A DNA stretch of 64,000 bases from positions 3,224,001 through 3,288,000 of the forward strand of contig CM030336.1 of NCBI GenBank assembly GCA_017654855.1. The letters are read 5' to 3'. Below the pieces are notes generated by a model. It was not told the DNA's origin and searched no databases. It saw only the letters and a list, made by a program, of their open reading frames with translations. Position numbers and translations under genes: made by a program. Each line of letters begins with the position of its first letter. Within the stretch, counting starts at the first letter, position 1. This DNA comes from Podospora anserina (taxonomy: Eukaryota). This document shows, piece by piece, positions 23,454 to 35,140 of the stretch.

Positions 23454-25961
23454 ATGGGGAAAACCAAAACAATTCGGCTGGGTAACCGGCTGCGGTACCC
23501 CATCACCATCGTCCGCCTCCTCAAGAACCCCGGCGACACGGTCAAAAAGCAAGATGCGCTTATGGAGTACTCGTTCAAATGGTACAAGGAAGTCGGCGAC
23601 ACCATTCGCGGCGAGACGTGGGAGGAGGAGCAAACCACCTACGCGGACTGGAGCTCGCCCTCGGATGGTACCCTCAACGCCTGGAGCATCAAGGAGGGTC
23701 AGGTCATCAAGCAGGACGGACCCTGCGTGCTGATTGACGAGGACTGTTCCCACGAGATCCAGTTCCAGGGACTTTGCGCCATCTGCGGAAAGGACATGAC
23801 CGAGGCCAACTGGGCCGCCGAGACGCGCGACACGGAGCGCGCCCCCATCAGCATGGTGCACGACCAGACGAACCTCACCGTCAGCAGCACCCACGCCCAA
23901 AAATCGGAGCGTGAGCTGCAGAAGAGATTGCTGGAGAGCCGCAAGCTCAGTTTGGTGGTGGATTTGGACCAGACGGTTATTCAGGCCTGCATTGATCCCA
24001 CGGTGGGGGAGTGGATGAAGGACCCGACGAACCCAAATTACGACTCGGTCAAGAATGTCAAGACGTTTCAGCTGGATGACGGACCGCACGCGGTGGTGAG
24101 GAAATGTTGGTACTACATCAAAATGCGCCCGGGCTTGGAGGGGTTCCTGAAGCGGATTTCCACCATGTACGAGCTGCATGTCTACACCATGGGCACTCGC
24201 GCCTACGCGCAAAACGTGGCGCGTGTTATCGACCCGGAGAAGAAGTTGTTTGGCAACCGAGTTATTAGTCGCGACGAAAACGGCAACATGTACTCAAAGA
24301 GTTTGCAGCGCTTATTCCCTGTCAGCACCAACATGGTGGTGATTATCGATGACAGATCCGACGTTTGGCCGCATAACAGGCCCAACCTCGTCAAGGTCAC
24401 CCCGTACGAGTTCTTCAAGGGAATCGGCGATATTAACGCGAGCTTTTTGCCAAAGAGACAGGATTTGCTCACCTCGGCGCCGTCGACGAATGGTGTCAAG
24501 AAGGCGGAGAAGACGGCCGATAAGAACGCCAAGGCTGTCGCGACAGGCAAGGATACTGATGAGGTGACAAAGGAACAGCTTGAGGAACAGCAGTCGGCGC
24601 TGGAGAAGCAGATTAATGAACGACCGCTACAATTACTTCAGGAGAAGCAGGACAAGGAGGATGAGGAGGCGGAGAAGGCTACGGGCCACTCGGATGATAG
24701 TGCTTCGTCTCGATCTTCGTCGCCACCACCACAGCGACACAAGGTCCTCTTGGACGACGACAGGGAACTCGAGTTTTTGGAGAAACACCTCACGCAACTA
24801 CACAAGGCTTACTATGCTAGCTACGATCAAAAGAAGTCGAAGCGAACCATTGGCGAGGATGTGCCTGATGTAGGGAACCTGCTCAACAACCTCAAGGCCA
24901 AGGTGCTTAGAGGGCACCAAATCGCCTTGTCGGGTGTTTTGCCCCAAAACACGGATATTTACCGGTCAGAAATCGGGCAGCAAATCACCAGCTTTGGCGC
25001 CAGGCTTAGGTCGACAGTCAGCAAAGAAGTGACGCATCTTGTTGTAAACACTTCTCAGCCAGGAACGGCCAAGCTCAATGCTGCCAGGCGGTACCCTCAT
25101 ATCAAGGTTGTCGGTCTGGAGTGGCTCGCGCAGTGCTTTACTGAGTGGACATCTGTGGATGAGACTCCATATCTGTACTTCAAGGAGGATGTTAATAACG
25201 TCGGAGCTGCTCGCCAAGCTGAAGAGTCATCCGATGACAACGATGAAGATATGGGGGGCATTGAGACGGGCAATACCGCGCCCAAGACCCCGCAGCAAAA
25301 GAGGAATAAGCTGCAAATACAGCTACCCCCTCGAGGTGACGACCAGGATGACGACGATGCAGACGACGATGAAGACGGACTTCTACCGGATGAGGTGGAG
25401 GAAGGACAAATGTCGCCTATCGACGGGCTGAAGACCTTTAACTGGGGGTCGGCCGAGGACGAATTGGCAGAGTTCCTTGCGTCTGGATCGGACGATGACG
25501 ATGACGACGAGGATATGGACGAGGAGGACGAGGAGGACGAGGAAGACGACGAAGATTTTGCTCCTCCTGATGAGTCGGAGTCGTCTTCCTCATCGGAGGA
25601 GTCGAGCGCCAGTCGGAAGAGGAGCCGGAGTCGGAGTGGCAGTCCGGCGACTCGAAAGAGGAAGTTGGAGGATGATGTCGGTGATGGGGAAGAGGATGGG
25701 AACAACGATGACGAAGGTGAGGAGAACAGCCCTGCGAAGAGGATGAGGAGGATGAAGAGCGCGAGGGGGTCTTCGCTGAGGCACCAGTATGAGGCTGCGC
25801 CTGATTTGCCTACACCGGCGGTGACGGGGGATGAAGATGGTGTTGAGGACAAGGTGGAGGAGGAGGGGCAGAACTTTACTGACCTTGACGAGGAGGCTCT
25901 GGCGGCTGATCTTGAGGCTGAGTTTGCGGCGGATCTGGAGGCGGAGTTTAATTCCGCGTGA
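23454..25961 (+). CDS. FCP1: RNA polymerase II CTD phosphatase
   Basis: DLDQT catalytic motif, KMRPGL, IIDDRSDVW, BRCT domain (THLVV...WLAQC), acidic tail. Confidence 0.95.
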   Translation: MGKTKTIRLGNRLRYPITIVRLLKNPGDTVKKQDALMEYSFKWYKEVGDTIRGETWEEEQTTYADWSSPSDGTLNAWSIKEGQVIKQDGPCVLIDEDCSHEIQFQGLCAICGKDMTEANWAAETRDTERAPISMVHDQTNLTVSSTHAQKSERELQKRLLESRKLSLVVDLDQTVIQACIDPTVGEWMKDPTNPNYDSVKNVKTFQLDDGPHAVVRKCWYYIKMRPGLEGFLKRISTMYELHVYTMGTRAYAQNVARVIDPEKKLFGNRVISRDENGNMYSKSLQRLFPVSTNMVVIIDDRSDVWPHNRPNLVKVTPYEFFKGIGDINASFLPKRQDLLTSAPSTNGVKKAEKTADKNAKAVATGKDTDEVTKEQLEEQQSALEKQINERPLQLLQEKQDKEDEEAEKATGHSDDSASSRSSSPPPQRHKVLLDDDRELEFLEKHLTQLHKAYYASYDQKKSKRTIGEDVPDVGNLLNNLKAKVLRGHQIALSGVLPQNTDIYRSEIGQQITSFGARLRSTVSKEVTHLVVNTSQPGTAKLNAARRYPHIKVVGLEWLAQCFTEWTSVDETPYLYFKEDVNNVGAARQAEESSDDNDEDMGGIETGNTAPKTPQQKRNKLQIQLPPRGDDQDDDDADDDEDGLLPDEVEEGQMSPIDGLKTFNWGSAEDELAEFLASGSDDDDDDEDMDEEDEEDEEDDEDFAPPDESESSSSSEESSASRKRSRSRSGSPATRKRKLEDDVGDGEEDGNNDDEGEENSPAKRMRRMKSARGSSLRHQYEAAPDLPTPAVTGDEDGVEDKVEEEGQNFTDLDEEALAADLEAEFAADLEAEFNSA

Positions 25962-26644
25962 AGGGGGTGATTCTGTTGTACATAGCTATTTACTTGGTAT
26001 TTTCCACTCTCGGCGGGGGTTTTATGGTTGGGTTTTGGGTTGGTTGGGTTTTGGGGGTTGGGGGGGGTGGAGGTTGTTTCTTGTGAGCAGGCAAAGCGGG
26101 CGTCGTGGCTGCATTGATGCATTTTGGGCAGAGATTCTTTTATTAATTTTCGTTCTTTGTTGTCTTGAGTAAATTTCGGGAGGAAATATACCCCTTACAA
26201 CCATCTATCTTTCATTAGGCTCTTCAGAGATGATTTTCGTGTTCTGACAGTGAATGTTGGAAATGGCATTCGAGCAATTGGCCAATCCTGAGCCGGTTCG
26301 TGCGCAGATCTGCGATGCCAAGCGTTACGTAATCTTTGTTGCTGAGGCTCCCCGCCAAATAATGGTCCGTGCGCCGAACCCAGTGCTGTCGTCAATTCCA
26401 AGCACCTCTGGGGGAAGCTTTCCTGATCGCCGATTGAAGACACTACCCAGACAACACCAACCCTCGCTCGGCCCCCAAGAACCGTCCTCTCGCCGTAACA
26501 CACGATTTGCTGGGCGGGCACCTCCGATTGACGAAGAAAGCGAAAACACTCAGGTACGAGGACGAGTGAATGAATCCGGAGGAGCAGGAGGGCAACAGTT
26601 GACGAGGTGGAATAGGGAGGACAGAAACAGAAAGATTGCCCAAG

Positions 26645-27586
26645 ATGCCGCAGGATATGCCGCCTGTTGGGGGGTATGGGGCTGTGCAGTACAAGGTTGG
26701 TGTTTTTTCTCTTTCAGAGGGGTGGGGGTGAGGGGTTAGGGCGACAACGATGGATGGACAACGAGGCCGATGATGAGATTGGGATGGGTATTGGGGGGCA
26801 GCGGATAGGATTGAGTGGCGGGAAGGGGTAGATGACGGAGAAATATTCTTGAAGGGGATCAACCAGGCCTGCGGAGAGAAGGAAGCGACGGCGGCGGGTG
26901 CAAGACTGTTCGACACTTTGTTTGCAGTGAGGACCGAAGGACAGAGAGAGACACGGCGGGAATTCAGAGATAACGAACGCACACAGCTGGTGGTGGAATA
27001 TTTTGGTTGGGACAAATCATGGGTATATCTGGAAGCCGAAACTACATTGACAACATCGAAGCTCGCCCGCAACATGGAAGCGCCTGGATCAAGAGGAGGA
27101 AGAACGCAGGACATCAAGACCTGGAGCTGACGTTTTTGGCTTTATAGCGCAACCTCCCCGCCCACGGCCTTTTCCGTCCCCGTAACCTTATCCTCGCCTC
27201 GGCAGGCCTGATGGTCTACGGCTGGTACCAGCTTGTTGTGGGTGTCAGAGAGATGAAGTATTTTTTACCTTTTTTTGCCCCTTGTTTCGAAGAAACCCAA
27301 AAGACTGATGATTTCCGCCCAGTGAAATGGCCCGCGAAAAGATGTGGGCGCGCATCCACCTCATCCCTATGCTCCAGGCCGAGTGCGACCGCGACCTTGT
27401 CCGCAGACACCTGGCTGACCAGGCGAGGGAGAAGGAGCTGTTGGGGGAGAACTTTAAGGTTTACAACTCTGATAGGTATGTCTTTTTTTCTTTTTTCTTT
27501 TTTCCGTGTGGGAAAAGGGTGCTAATATTGAGAGTAGATACGTCCGGCCTACCTTTGCGGCTGTGCCTCAGCATGTTACGAAATAG
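26645..27586 (+). CDS. NDUFA13: Complex I subunit B16.6 / GRIM-19, 4 exons
   Basis: Exon1 26645-26695 MPQDMPPVGGYGAVQYK; exon2 27148-27257 RNLPAHG...; exon3 27323-27475 EMAREKMWARIHLIPMLQAE; exon4 27538-27586 YVRPTF. Confidence 0.92.
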
Positions 27587-27927
27587 ATGGGGGTCTTGAC
27601 GATGGGCGGATGGATGTTGGAGGGACACCTAGACTATTACAGAAAAAAACAGAGTTTATGCTTGTGTTTGAGAGGGTGTGTATATACTTGATGAAGACAA
27701 TAGAGGGGACACTTACAGATTTGAAGTTCAAGCATAACAAGGGGTAGTGGTGGACAGGGTGTAAGCTCTGAGCCACGCTCAAGCTTGGGGTTTGAGGACT
27801 TGAGTCATTCAACCAAGGCATTCCAACCCACCACACACATACCACACTCCACAACCACACAAACTCTTTTGATAAGACGTAGGAAAGAGGCAACAAACAT
27901 CAAATATGGGTATAGCCTCGCCCGCTC

Positions 27928-28014
27928 GCCCGGCTAGCTCAATCGGTAGAGCGTGAGACTCTTAAGGAGTACTCCGAAATCTCAAGGTTGTGGGTTCGAC
28001 CCCCACGTCGGGCT
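27928..28014 (+). tRNA. tRNA-Lys(CTT) with 14-nt intron (27965-27978)
   Basis: GCCCGGC acceptor pairs with GTCGGGC; D-arm TAGCTCAATCGGTAGAGC; anticodon stem TGAGA/TCTCA around CTT; T-loop GTTCGAC; T-tract downstream. Confidence 0.95.
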
Positions 28015-28538
28015 CAATTCCCGTCGGACGATTGATTCGATATTCTTTTTGACTTTTCCATCTGTTATTTTTGAACCGTGTTAGTGGTGGTTACATCTAC
28101 CAGGCTTCAAGTTTTGCTGCCCACAATCGCCACGACTTGAAGAGTGTGTTAGCCAGCACTTTTAGCACCTCGCCCAATGAGGGAAGATGGCCAAAGTAGT
28201 AGCATCAGGCATTTTTTCTCAAAATCGTCTGCAGAGGATATTGCGTTCGTCCTCTCGGTCATTTTCCTGTGTTCACCTAAGAGACGTGACAAAACTTCAA
28301 GAGAACCGGTTTCGGTACTGTAACCCAAACAGAAAAGTGTTCTTGATAGGGGGTGATGAGCAGAACATGAACACCATCAGCGCCGTCTGTCACCCACCTT
28401 CGATAGAACTTGGACATAAACGTTTCGAATACCCGAGATATAAAAGCTTCCTTCAATGTGATATAAACAACAAACATGATGGTCTGGTATTTTAACTTTG
28501 ACCAACAACACGCAATCCAACACCAAACACCCCCCCCT

Positions 28539-31500
28539 TTACGCAGCCCCCTTAACAACCCTAAACCCCTCGGAAACCACCTTGGCAATCTCCTCATTCT
28601 TATGCTGCAACAGCCCCAAGGCAAAAGCAACATCGTTCCACTGCCGCTCGGTATCGCACCTCGGCAGCCTCGCGGCAAGTTTATCCGCCAGCTGTTTGGC
28701 GTGTTTATCCTGTTTTTTACTCATTAGCATCATCACCCCTTCATGCTCTCCCCTCCCAAAAAAACATACCTTCTCAACAAACCCCAACAAAAACCTCACT
28801 ATCCTCCTGAAACTCTCCTCATCAATCCTCTGATCGGCACTCAGCAGCGAAAACATGTCCACAAAGTGGTTATAAACCGCATTGTCCTTTGTCGACAGCT
28901 CGGTAAAGAACATCCTCGCCAGATCCGCAATCCTCTTGTCCTCATCCTCCAGGCACTTTGCCATCTCTCCCAGCTGGCCCTTGACCTTGACCTGGCCAGC
29001 CAGGATCAAAAACGTCAACGTCATGAGACAAGTCCTCTTGACCGACGCGTCCGAATCCGCCAGCCGACGATACAAGAAATCAGTATTCTCATCAATAAGA
29101 TGATTAAAGCACACAGCCATGTCCCCAAGCGCAATGACAGCGTTGGACCGGACCGTCGCGTCGGCGGAGCGCTCCATGATGGTGATTAGCAGAGGGAGAT
29201 TCGCCTCGCAGTACTCAGACGAGACGCACATCAGCTTGGCCAGACACAGCGTGGCCGCCTGCTGGAGGTTGCGATCTTTGTACGTGGTGTTGTTGGCGCA
29301 GATCTCGCTGACCATGGGGCCAAAGATGGCCAGCAAGGACCGTCCGTCGTACAGGAGCTCACGCTCGCGAATGTGCGCCATCGCTTCGGTAAAGTCGTCT
29401 TCTGTCGTGCCGCCGATGAGGTCGAGCTCGTCGCCTTCGTCTTCTTCTGGTGCCGGGGCGGCGGCGGATTTCCGCTTGTTGCCGGCTGCTTTGCGCCCGG
29501 TCGAGGTGGTGGTGCCGGCAGAGAGGGTTGAAGCATCCTTGGCGGCGGCGGCGGACTTTTCCTTTTCTTGCTTGCGGCGTTTGAAATCCAATTCGCACAG
29601 CTCAAGATGTACAATTTGCTTGATGGCGACATGTCCAACGATGAACAACAGCTGCGAAAGAGCGACGGTGTTGTCCTTGTTTTGTTTCTTGGAAGGGGAT
29701 TGTGGTGGCTGGCTGGACCCGGGAGGGGCTTGTGTCGGGGGAGCCAGAAGGGTTGGATCACCCTCCTCACCATCCTGAGTAGCCGGTGAACTCGCACTTG
29801 ACAAAGGGACCGACTCATCCCTCGATGTTGGCCTGGACGCCTGCGGCGAGAAAACAGACTTAGTCTTGCGCCGGATAATCTCCGAGCACAGAACATCCGG
29901 ATGTCTTGACAGAGCATAGATAGCATTAATAGCCTGCTCAGCAACCCCATACCACTCCTTGCTCTCGGTAGAAACTTCGGTGATGGCAGCCAGCCGGGCA
30001 AGAACAGCATGGTCGTTAGACAGCCTGGAGAACTTGATGGCAGACTCCTTGGCTGAGCGGCCACTTGGGTTGATACGCCTAAGAGCAACACAAGTAAACT
30101 TGGCAAGCTGCAAGTCGGCACGGCCGTGAGACCCGAGACCAGTGCGCAACATGGTTTCCATCTCACCCACGACAATCTCTGGGCTGGCAGTGGCCAGCAT
30201 ACCGAGCACAATGATGGCGCCCTTTCTCTGCTTGCGCGAGATCTCCCTCTTCTGGACACCGTACACCTGCCAGAGCTTGGCAATCACAATCTCGGGAATC
30301 ATGCCCTGCTTCATCATGGTAGCCAGCAGCTGCTCAAGCGAGGTGAGCTCAGCAGGAGTAGCACCAAAAGTCAGACTGATCATGTTGCGGGCAATGTAGT
30401 TGGCCGCATCGTTGGGGCTGAAGCTGTCGGGCGCCTCAAAGAAGAGACGCTTGTAGCACTCGATGAGGTGAGTCTGCACACCCTTGCCCTCGTCGCTGTT
30501 GCCCTTGGTCCAGATCAGTCTCAGCATGCGCCGGATGCCAACCTTGTTCTGCTCGATATTGTAGGCATCGCCAATCTCGAAGAAGTCCATGGCCTCAATG
30601 ACCTCGCTCTTGTTCTTGGAGCCAAGAAGCTGGCAAACGGTGGTGGTGGCCTCGTGAAGAACATCGATAAACTTGAGCGCCTCGCTGTAGTATCTCTTGG
30701 TGAGAGTGAGTTTCTCGATAGCCTCTGATGTGGCAGCCTCTTCTTGGGCTTTGCGAATGGCGGCCACCTTTTCCTCCTCGGTCATTTCGGCAGGCGACTT
30801 TTGTGATGGGTCGAGCTGTGTCGCGTCAATCTGGGTGGCATCGTCGAGCAGTCCGGCATCCACGGTGGTGTTGGCGTTCCCGTCAAGGCCTGGCGCATCA
30901 ACCGGAGGCTTCAGAGCATCAAGCTCGGCATCCACCTTGTCCAACCGTTCCTGCCAATCCTTTCTCGCGAGCTGTGCACCATGAAGCGCGGTGAAGGGAT
31001 GTGTCCTGATCAGCGCGCCCAGCAACTTGATGGCGTTCCTCCTGACGTGACTACTCTTGTCCTCCAAACTCTGGCAGGCCAACTCAGCGGCTTTTTGTCT
31101 CCTCTTGGGAAACTTTTGCTCCAGCTCACAAATCTTGAGATAGACTTGCATCGTCCTGCAACGGCAGTAGGGGTTAATATCCAAGAATCTTTCCTCCAAC
31201 ACATCGAAAAAGGCATTCATCTGTGACTTGTGGTTCTCTCCTCTTTCATCCGACTTGCTGAGGTAGACAAGCATGTTTCCAAACACTTCGATGAGGGCGC
31301 TGCGGAGGGTGTGCGATTCACTGTCGAGCTGCTTGGCCAACAGAGTGACTTGCTTAATGATCAGTCTGGGGGCCAGCTCGGACAGCTTGACCATGAAGGT
31401 CGAAACAGATTTTGGTCCCTTGTTGTCATTGCTGTTGAACTCCTTGTTGCTCAGCTCTCTCAGAATCTCATCTGCCAGCTGTGGGTAGTCGTATTGTTCG

Positions 31501-32538
31501 GCCAGGATGTGGAGCAGCTCGGCCATGGGCTCCGAGAGATGCTCGAAATATGTGAGATTTTGTACAATGGAGATTTGGGCGGCTATCAAGGTCAGAAATG
31601 GACTTGCAGGCACCGTCATCAACAAACTCACCATAAGCATGCCCGTGATGCTTGACGGCCACACACAGCACCTTGAAGGTGTGCATTCGGATGCTAGTAT
31701 TTTTAACCCGCTGCTCGCTCTCGAGTATCATATAAACCGGGCGGGTGAGCAGGGAGATGAAGGTGTCGCGCTCCGAGGTTGTGAGAAAGATCTTGCCCAA
31801 CTTTAACCGAAGAACCTTGCACATGGTGTTGAGGGCAATCTCGAGCTGTGTCGAAGAGTCCCAGCTGCCGTCCTTGCCGACCTCCTTCCTGCCTTTTGGC
31901 TTGCCTCGGCGTGCTGGCATGTTGGTGGAGGACTTTTCGGCCGCCTTGGTCTCGACGGCGGCGATCGTCCACTGAAGAAGAAAGCCGTACATCTCGAGAA
32001 GCATCTTGTGGTGGGCGATGAGTTCCTGCTCGTCAGATTCGAGGTCATGGTGGATGACATCGGCCTCGGTGGCCATGCCGGAGGTGATCAAGTCAAATAT
32101 CTTGCTCAGAGCATGGGCGGAGAGATAGGATGTGTACCTGGATAGTTTAAACAGTTCAGAAACAGGTTCTTTCATACGACAAGCTGGCGCACCGGGATCT
32201 GGTGGACGGGGCTCCTTGGAAGGAGGCGTTCCTGCCATCATCGAAGAGGAGAAGGAGTTGTTGGGAACAAGCGAAGAAGAAACAGGGGAAATGGGTGCAC
32301 ACTTTAGTAGGAACTGTAATGAATCGAAGATGCTGCTTCTGGTGATGGCATCTGGGTTCTCGGCGACGGCATCAACAATGGGATTTAGCACCCCGTTGAT
32401 GATGGCATTGTCCGAGAGGGACTCGGGGTCATTTTCGCAGTCAACCAGCGCGCTGTCGGCCTCGGGGGTTGGAATGGCCGCTGGATCGCTCATGTAATGC
32501 TTGAGCGCCTCGTTGATATCGAAGCTGACGTTGTCCAT
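28539..32538 (-). CDS. CND1: Condensin complex subunit 1 (Cnd1/Ycs4/NCAPD2)
   Basis: HEAT protein with the Cnd1 C-terminal domain (VRSNAVIALGDMAVCFNHLIDENT, GQVKVKGQLGEMAKCLED). Introns 31583-31631 and 28710-28769, and probably 32138-32302. Confidence 0.95.
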
Positions 32539-33138
32539 GGTGGACAACGGCGGATAGGAGAAGTATCGCCGTGCGCGGGGTTGTTATGTTGTGGTGGTGA
32601 TGATCGGGTCGCAAGAGCAGAGTACAGGAACAGGATGATATTCTTTCGCTGACAAGTCGTTAATTCGTAAATGCTATCGTTTCCGTCGTCGCTGTTGTCG
32701 TCTGGCGGCCACCAGGCGCTGTCGGTGCTCTGTCGTCGGGTGTCGTCGCTGTCGCCAAAAGTCAAGTCCAAGTCTGGGCGCAACACAACACAACACAGCG
32801 GCAGTTTCCCCCCTCGTTTGCGATTTGTCGATTTTCCGGTGTGGGGATCCCCTGGCAACTGCCCCAATTGTTTGTTGACTTTGGTGGGTTCCCTTCTGTC
32901 GCGTCCTCGCTGCAGAAGCTCGCGTCTTGGTCTGTGCTCTGCCCCTCCACCCCAGCCCGGTCATTGATTCTGACGCAGACCCAATTGCATGGCAGGTACC
33001 TTTGTCTCTTTCCATTTAAAACACGCCAATTGGTTTTGTCTCTTAGTTGGTCTATTAGCGGTACATATTCCCAGCTCATGCATTGTCTTTGATCGTTCGA
33101 ATTGGGTCAACTGTGGTGGACTACAGCTGTTAGCGACA

Positions 33139-34680
33139 ATGGCGACCGTTGCGCCTCCACGGCGCTCTCGAGAGGAGTCTTTTCGCATTCATGATGACGT
33201 CCCATCGACTGGGGATACCGAGATGAATGAACACGACTTCCAAGACGAAGAGGTCGATGATGGGGAGACAGAGCGCGGCCACGAGGGTGAGCAGGTAGAG
33301 GAACAAGAACAGGAAGAGCAGGAGGAGCAGGAGGAACCAGAGTCAGAATATACAGAGAGTTCCGACGACGACATGGCCGTCGACAGCAATATCCAGTACG
33401 ACATGGACAAGCTGCAGGACAGCTTCCCTGGCTTCAGGTCGAAATACAGGTTGATCAAGAGGATCGGAGAAGGTGCGTCAAGCTTGTTCAAGTTGAGACA
33501 TTGGACCAGCCAACTGACAAACTTTGGTAACATAGGAACCTTTTCAACCGTCTACAAAGCCGAAGACCTGGCATACGACCGATACGATAACTCGTGGGAC
33601 TTTGACAGAGACAGCGACAAGTGGACACCACCACCACTGAAGAGCTACAGCAGCGGCGACCACCAGCCTTCACGACGTCGCAAACCGAAATACGTCGCCA
33701 TCAAGAAGATTTACGTGACCTCTTCCCCCACCCGCATCCTCAACGAACTCGAGCTTCTTCACGACCTCCGAGACTGCGAAAATGTTTGTCCCTTGATCAC
33801 AGCTTTTCGCGCCACCGACCAAGTCGTTGCCATCCTCCCATACTTTAGGCATGCCGATTTCCGGGACTATTTCAGGAAAATGACCGTCCCTGATATCGCC
33901 ATCTACCTCCGATCGCTCTTCACCGCCCTTGCCAGCGTACACAGGCAACACATCCTTCATCGCGACATCAAGCCCACCAACTTTCTCTACGACCCTGAGT
34001 CACGAAGGGGTGTACTGGTCGATTTTGGTCTGGCTGAGCGCGAGGGGTCAGAGTGCAAGCCATGTCTTTGCCACGATGACTATCAGACTCGCAAAGCTCG
34101 GCTTGCAAACCATAATCCCAAGGCGACCGTTGGTGGCTATCCCAAGCAGGACACCCGGCCGTCTAGACGCGCCAACCGTGCCGGCACCCGTGGTTTCCGC
34201 GCGCCAGAAGTCTTGTTCAAGTGTACTGAACAAACCACCAAGATTGACATCTGGAGTGTTGGTGTTATTCTGTTGACTATCCTGTCGAAGCGCTTCCCTT
34301 TCTTCAATTCTGCAGACGATGTCGAGGCTATGATTGAGATAGCGACCATTTTTGGCCGAGAGAAGATGAAGGAGGCGGGAAAGCTGCACGGATGTGCATT
34401 CGAGACTACAATCCCAACAATTGGATCAGGAGGTTTTAGTTTTGAGAGGATTATCCTGTGGAGCACATGTCGCAGCGACTCGGAGAAGACATTGCCTGCT
34501 GATGAGAAGTTGGCTGTCGAGTTTTTGAAGAGATGCCTGGACCTGGACCCACGACACCGCATCAGTGCCGAGGAGGCGCTGGAGCACGAGTTTTTGCAAG
34601 TAGGGATGCTTTCTTCTAGCGAGAGGGCGGGAGATGACGACGAGATGGACATTTTGCAGGTCCGAGCAAGCATTGCATGA
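33139..34680 (+). CDS. CDC7: Cell division control kinase Cdc7/Hsk1
   Basis: IGEG|TFSTVYKA across intron 33473-33535; VAIKKIYVTSSPTRILNEL, HRDIKPTN, DFGLA, RANRAGTRGFRAPE. Confidence 0.95.
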   Translation: MATVAPPRRSREESFRIHDDVPSTGDTEMNEHDFQDEEVDDGETERGHEGEQVEEQEQEEQEEQEEPESEYTESSDDDMAVDSNIQYDMDKLQDSFPGFRSKYRLIKRIGEGASSLFKLRHWTSQLTNFGNIGTFSTVYKAEDLAYDRYDNSWDFDRDSDKWTPPPLKSYSSGDHQPSRRRKPKYVAIKKIYVTSSPTRILNELELLHDLRDCENVCPLITAFRATDQVVAILPYFRHADFRDYFRKMTVPDIAIYLRSLFTALASVHRQHILHRDIKPTNFLYDPESRRGVLVDFGLAEREGSECKPCLCHDDYQTRKARLANHNPKATVGGYPKQDTRPSRRANRAGTRGFRAPEVLFKCTEQTTKIDIWSVGVILLTILSKRFPFFNSADDVEAMIEIATIFGREKMKEAGKLHGCAFETTIPTIGSGGFSFERIILWSTCRSDSEKTLPADEKLAVEFLKRCLDLDPRHRISAEEALEHEFLQVGMLSSSERAGDDDEMDILQVRASIA

Positions 34681-35140
34681 GGCGTTGAGGTGCATGGTGA
34701 ACAGAGCAAGGAAGGGGTGAAGTTTTTATTGTATATATACACACATATTCATGGCGGGGGGAGTTTGCCGGGCGATGGGGGCATTGTTGGAGTTAATGGG
34801 TCATAATACCACATGATAAATATGAGCGATGTAATTGTGTTGTCTTTTTCATGTTTTGTGCAAGTCCCCTGAACCGCCCCTTTTTTGGGTTTGTTTGTTG
34901 ACCTGGCGGCCACTCACGTGACGGCGCTGCGACTTGAGCTTGTGCCATTCTTTCCTCATTTGCTCGACCACGGTTTCATCTCAGCAGTTGCATGTCCGTC
35001 ATCAAATCTGACGAAGTTTTGTTTTTGTCTTGATCGATTTTAACTTATTCATTCACTTGCGGTTTCAATACCCCTAATTCTCGAATAAAATCGAATAAGA
35101 CCAAATTTCTGCCCCAACACCACCATCATCACCACAGCAA

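Noticed and set aside
26020..26070. GGGTT/G-run tract after FCP1 as a telomere-like or G4 element
   Set aside because: Not TTAGGG repeats; similar GT-rich tracts follow many genes here
25097..26122. 341-aa Ser-rich minus-strand ORF
   Set aside because: Antisense shadow of the acidic FCP1 tail; the same applies to the shadows of CHL1, CND1 and CDC7
26769..26900. Box C-like ATGATGA in the NDUFA13 intron as a possible snoRNA
   Set aside because: No box D (CTGA) at a suitable distance and no terminal stem; the next CTGA is the intron branch site
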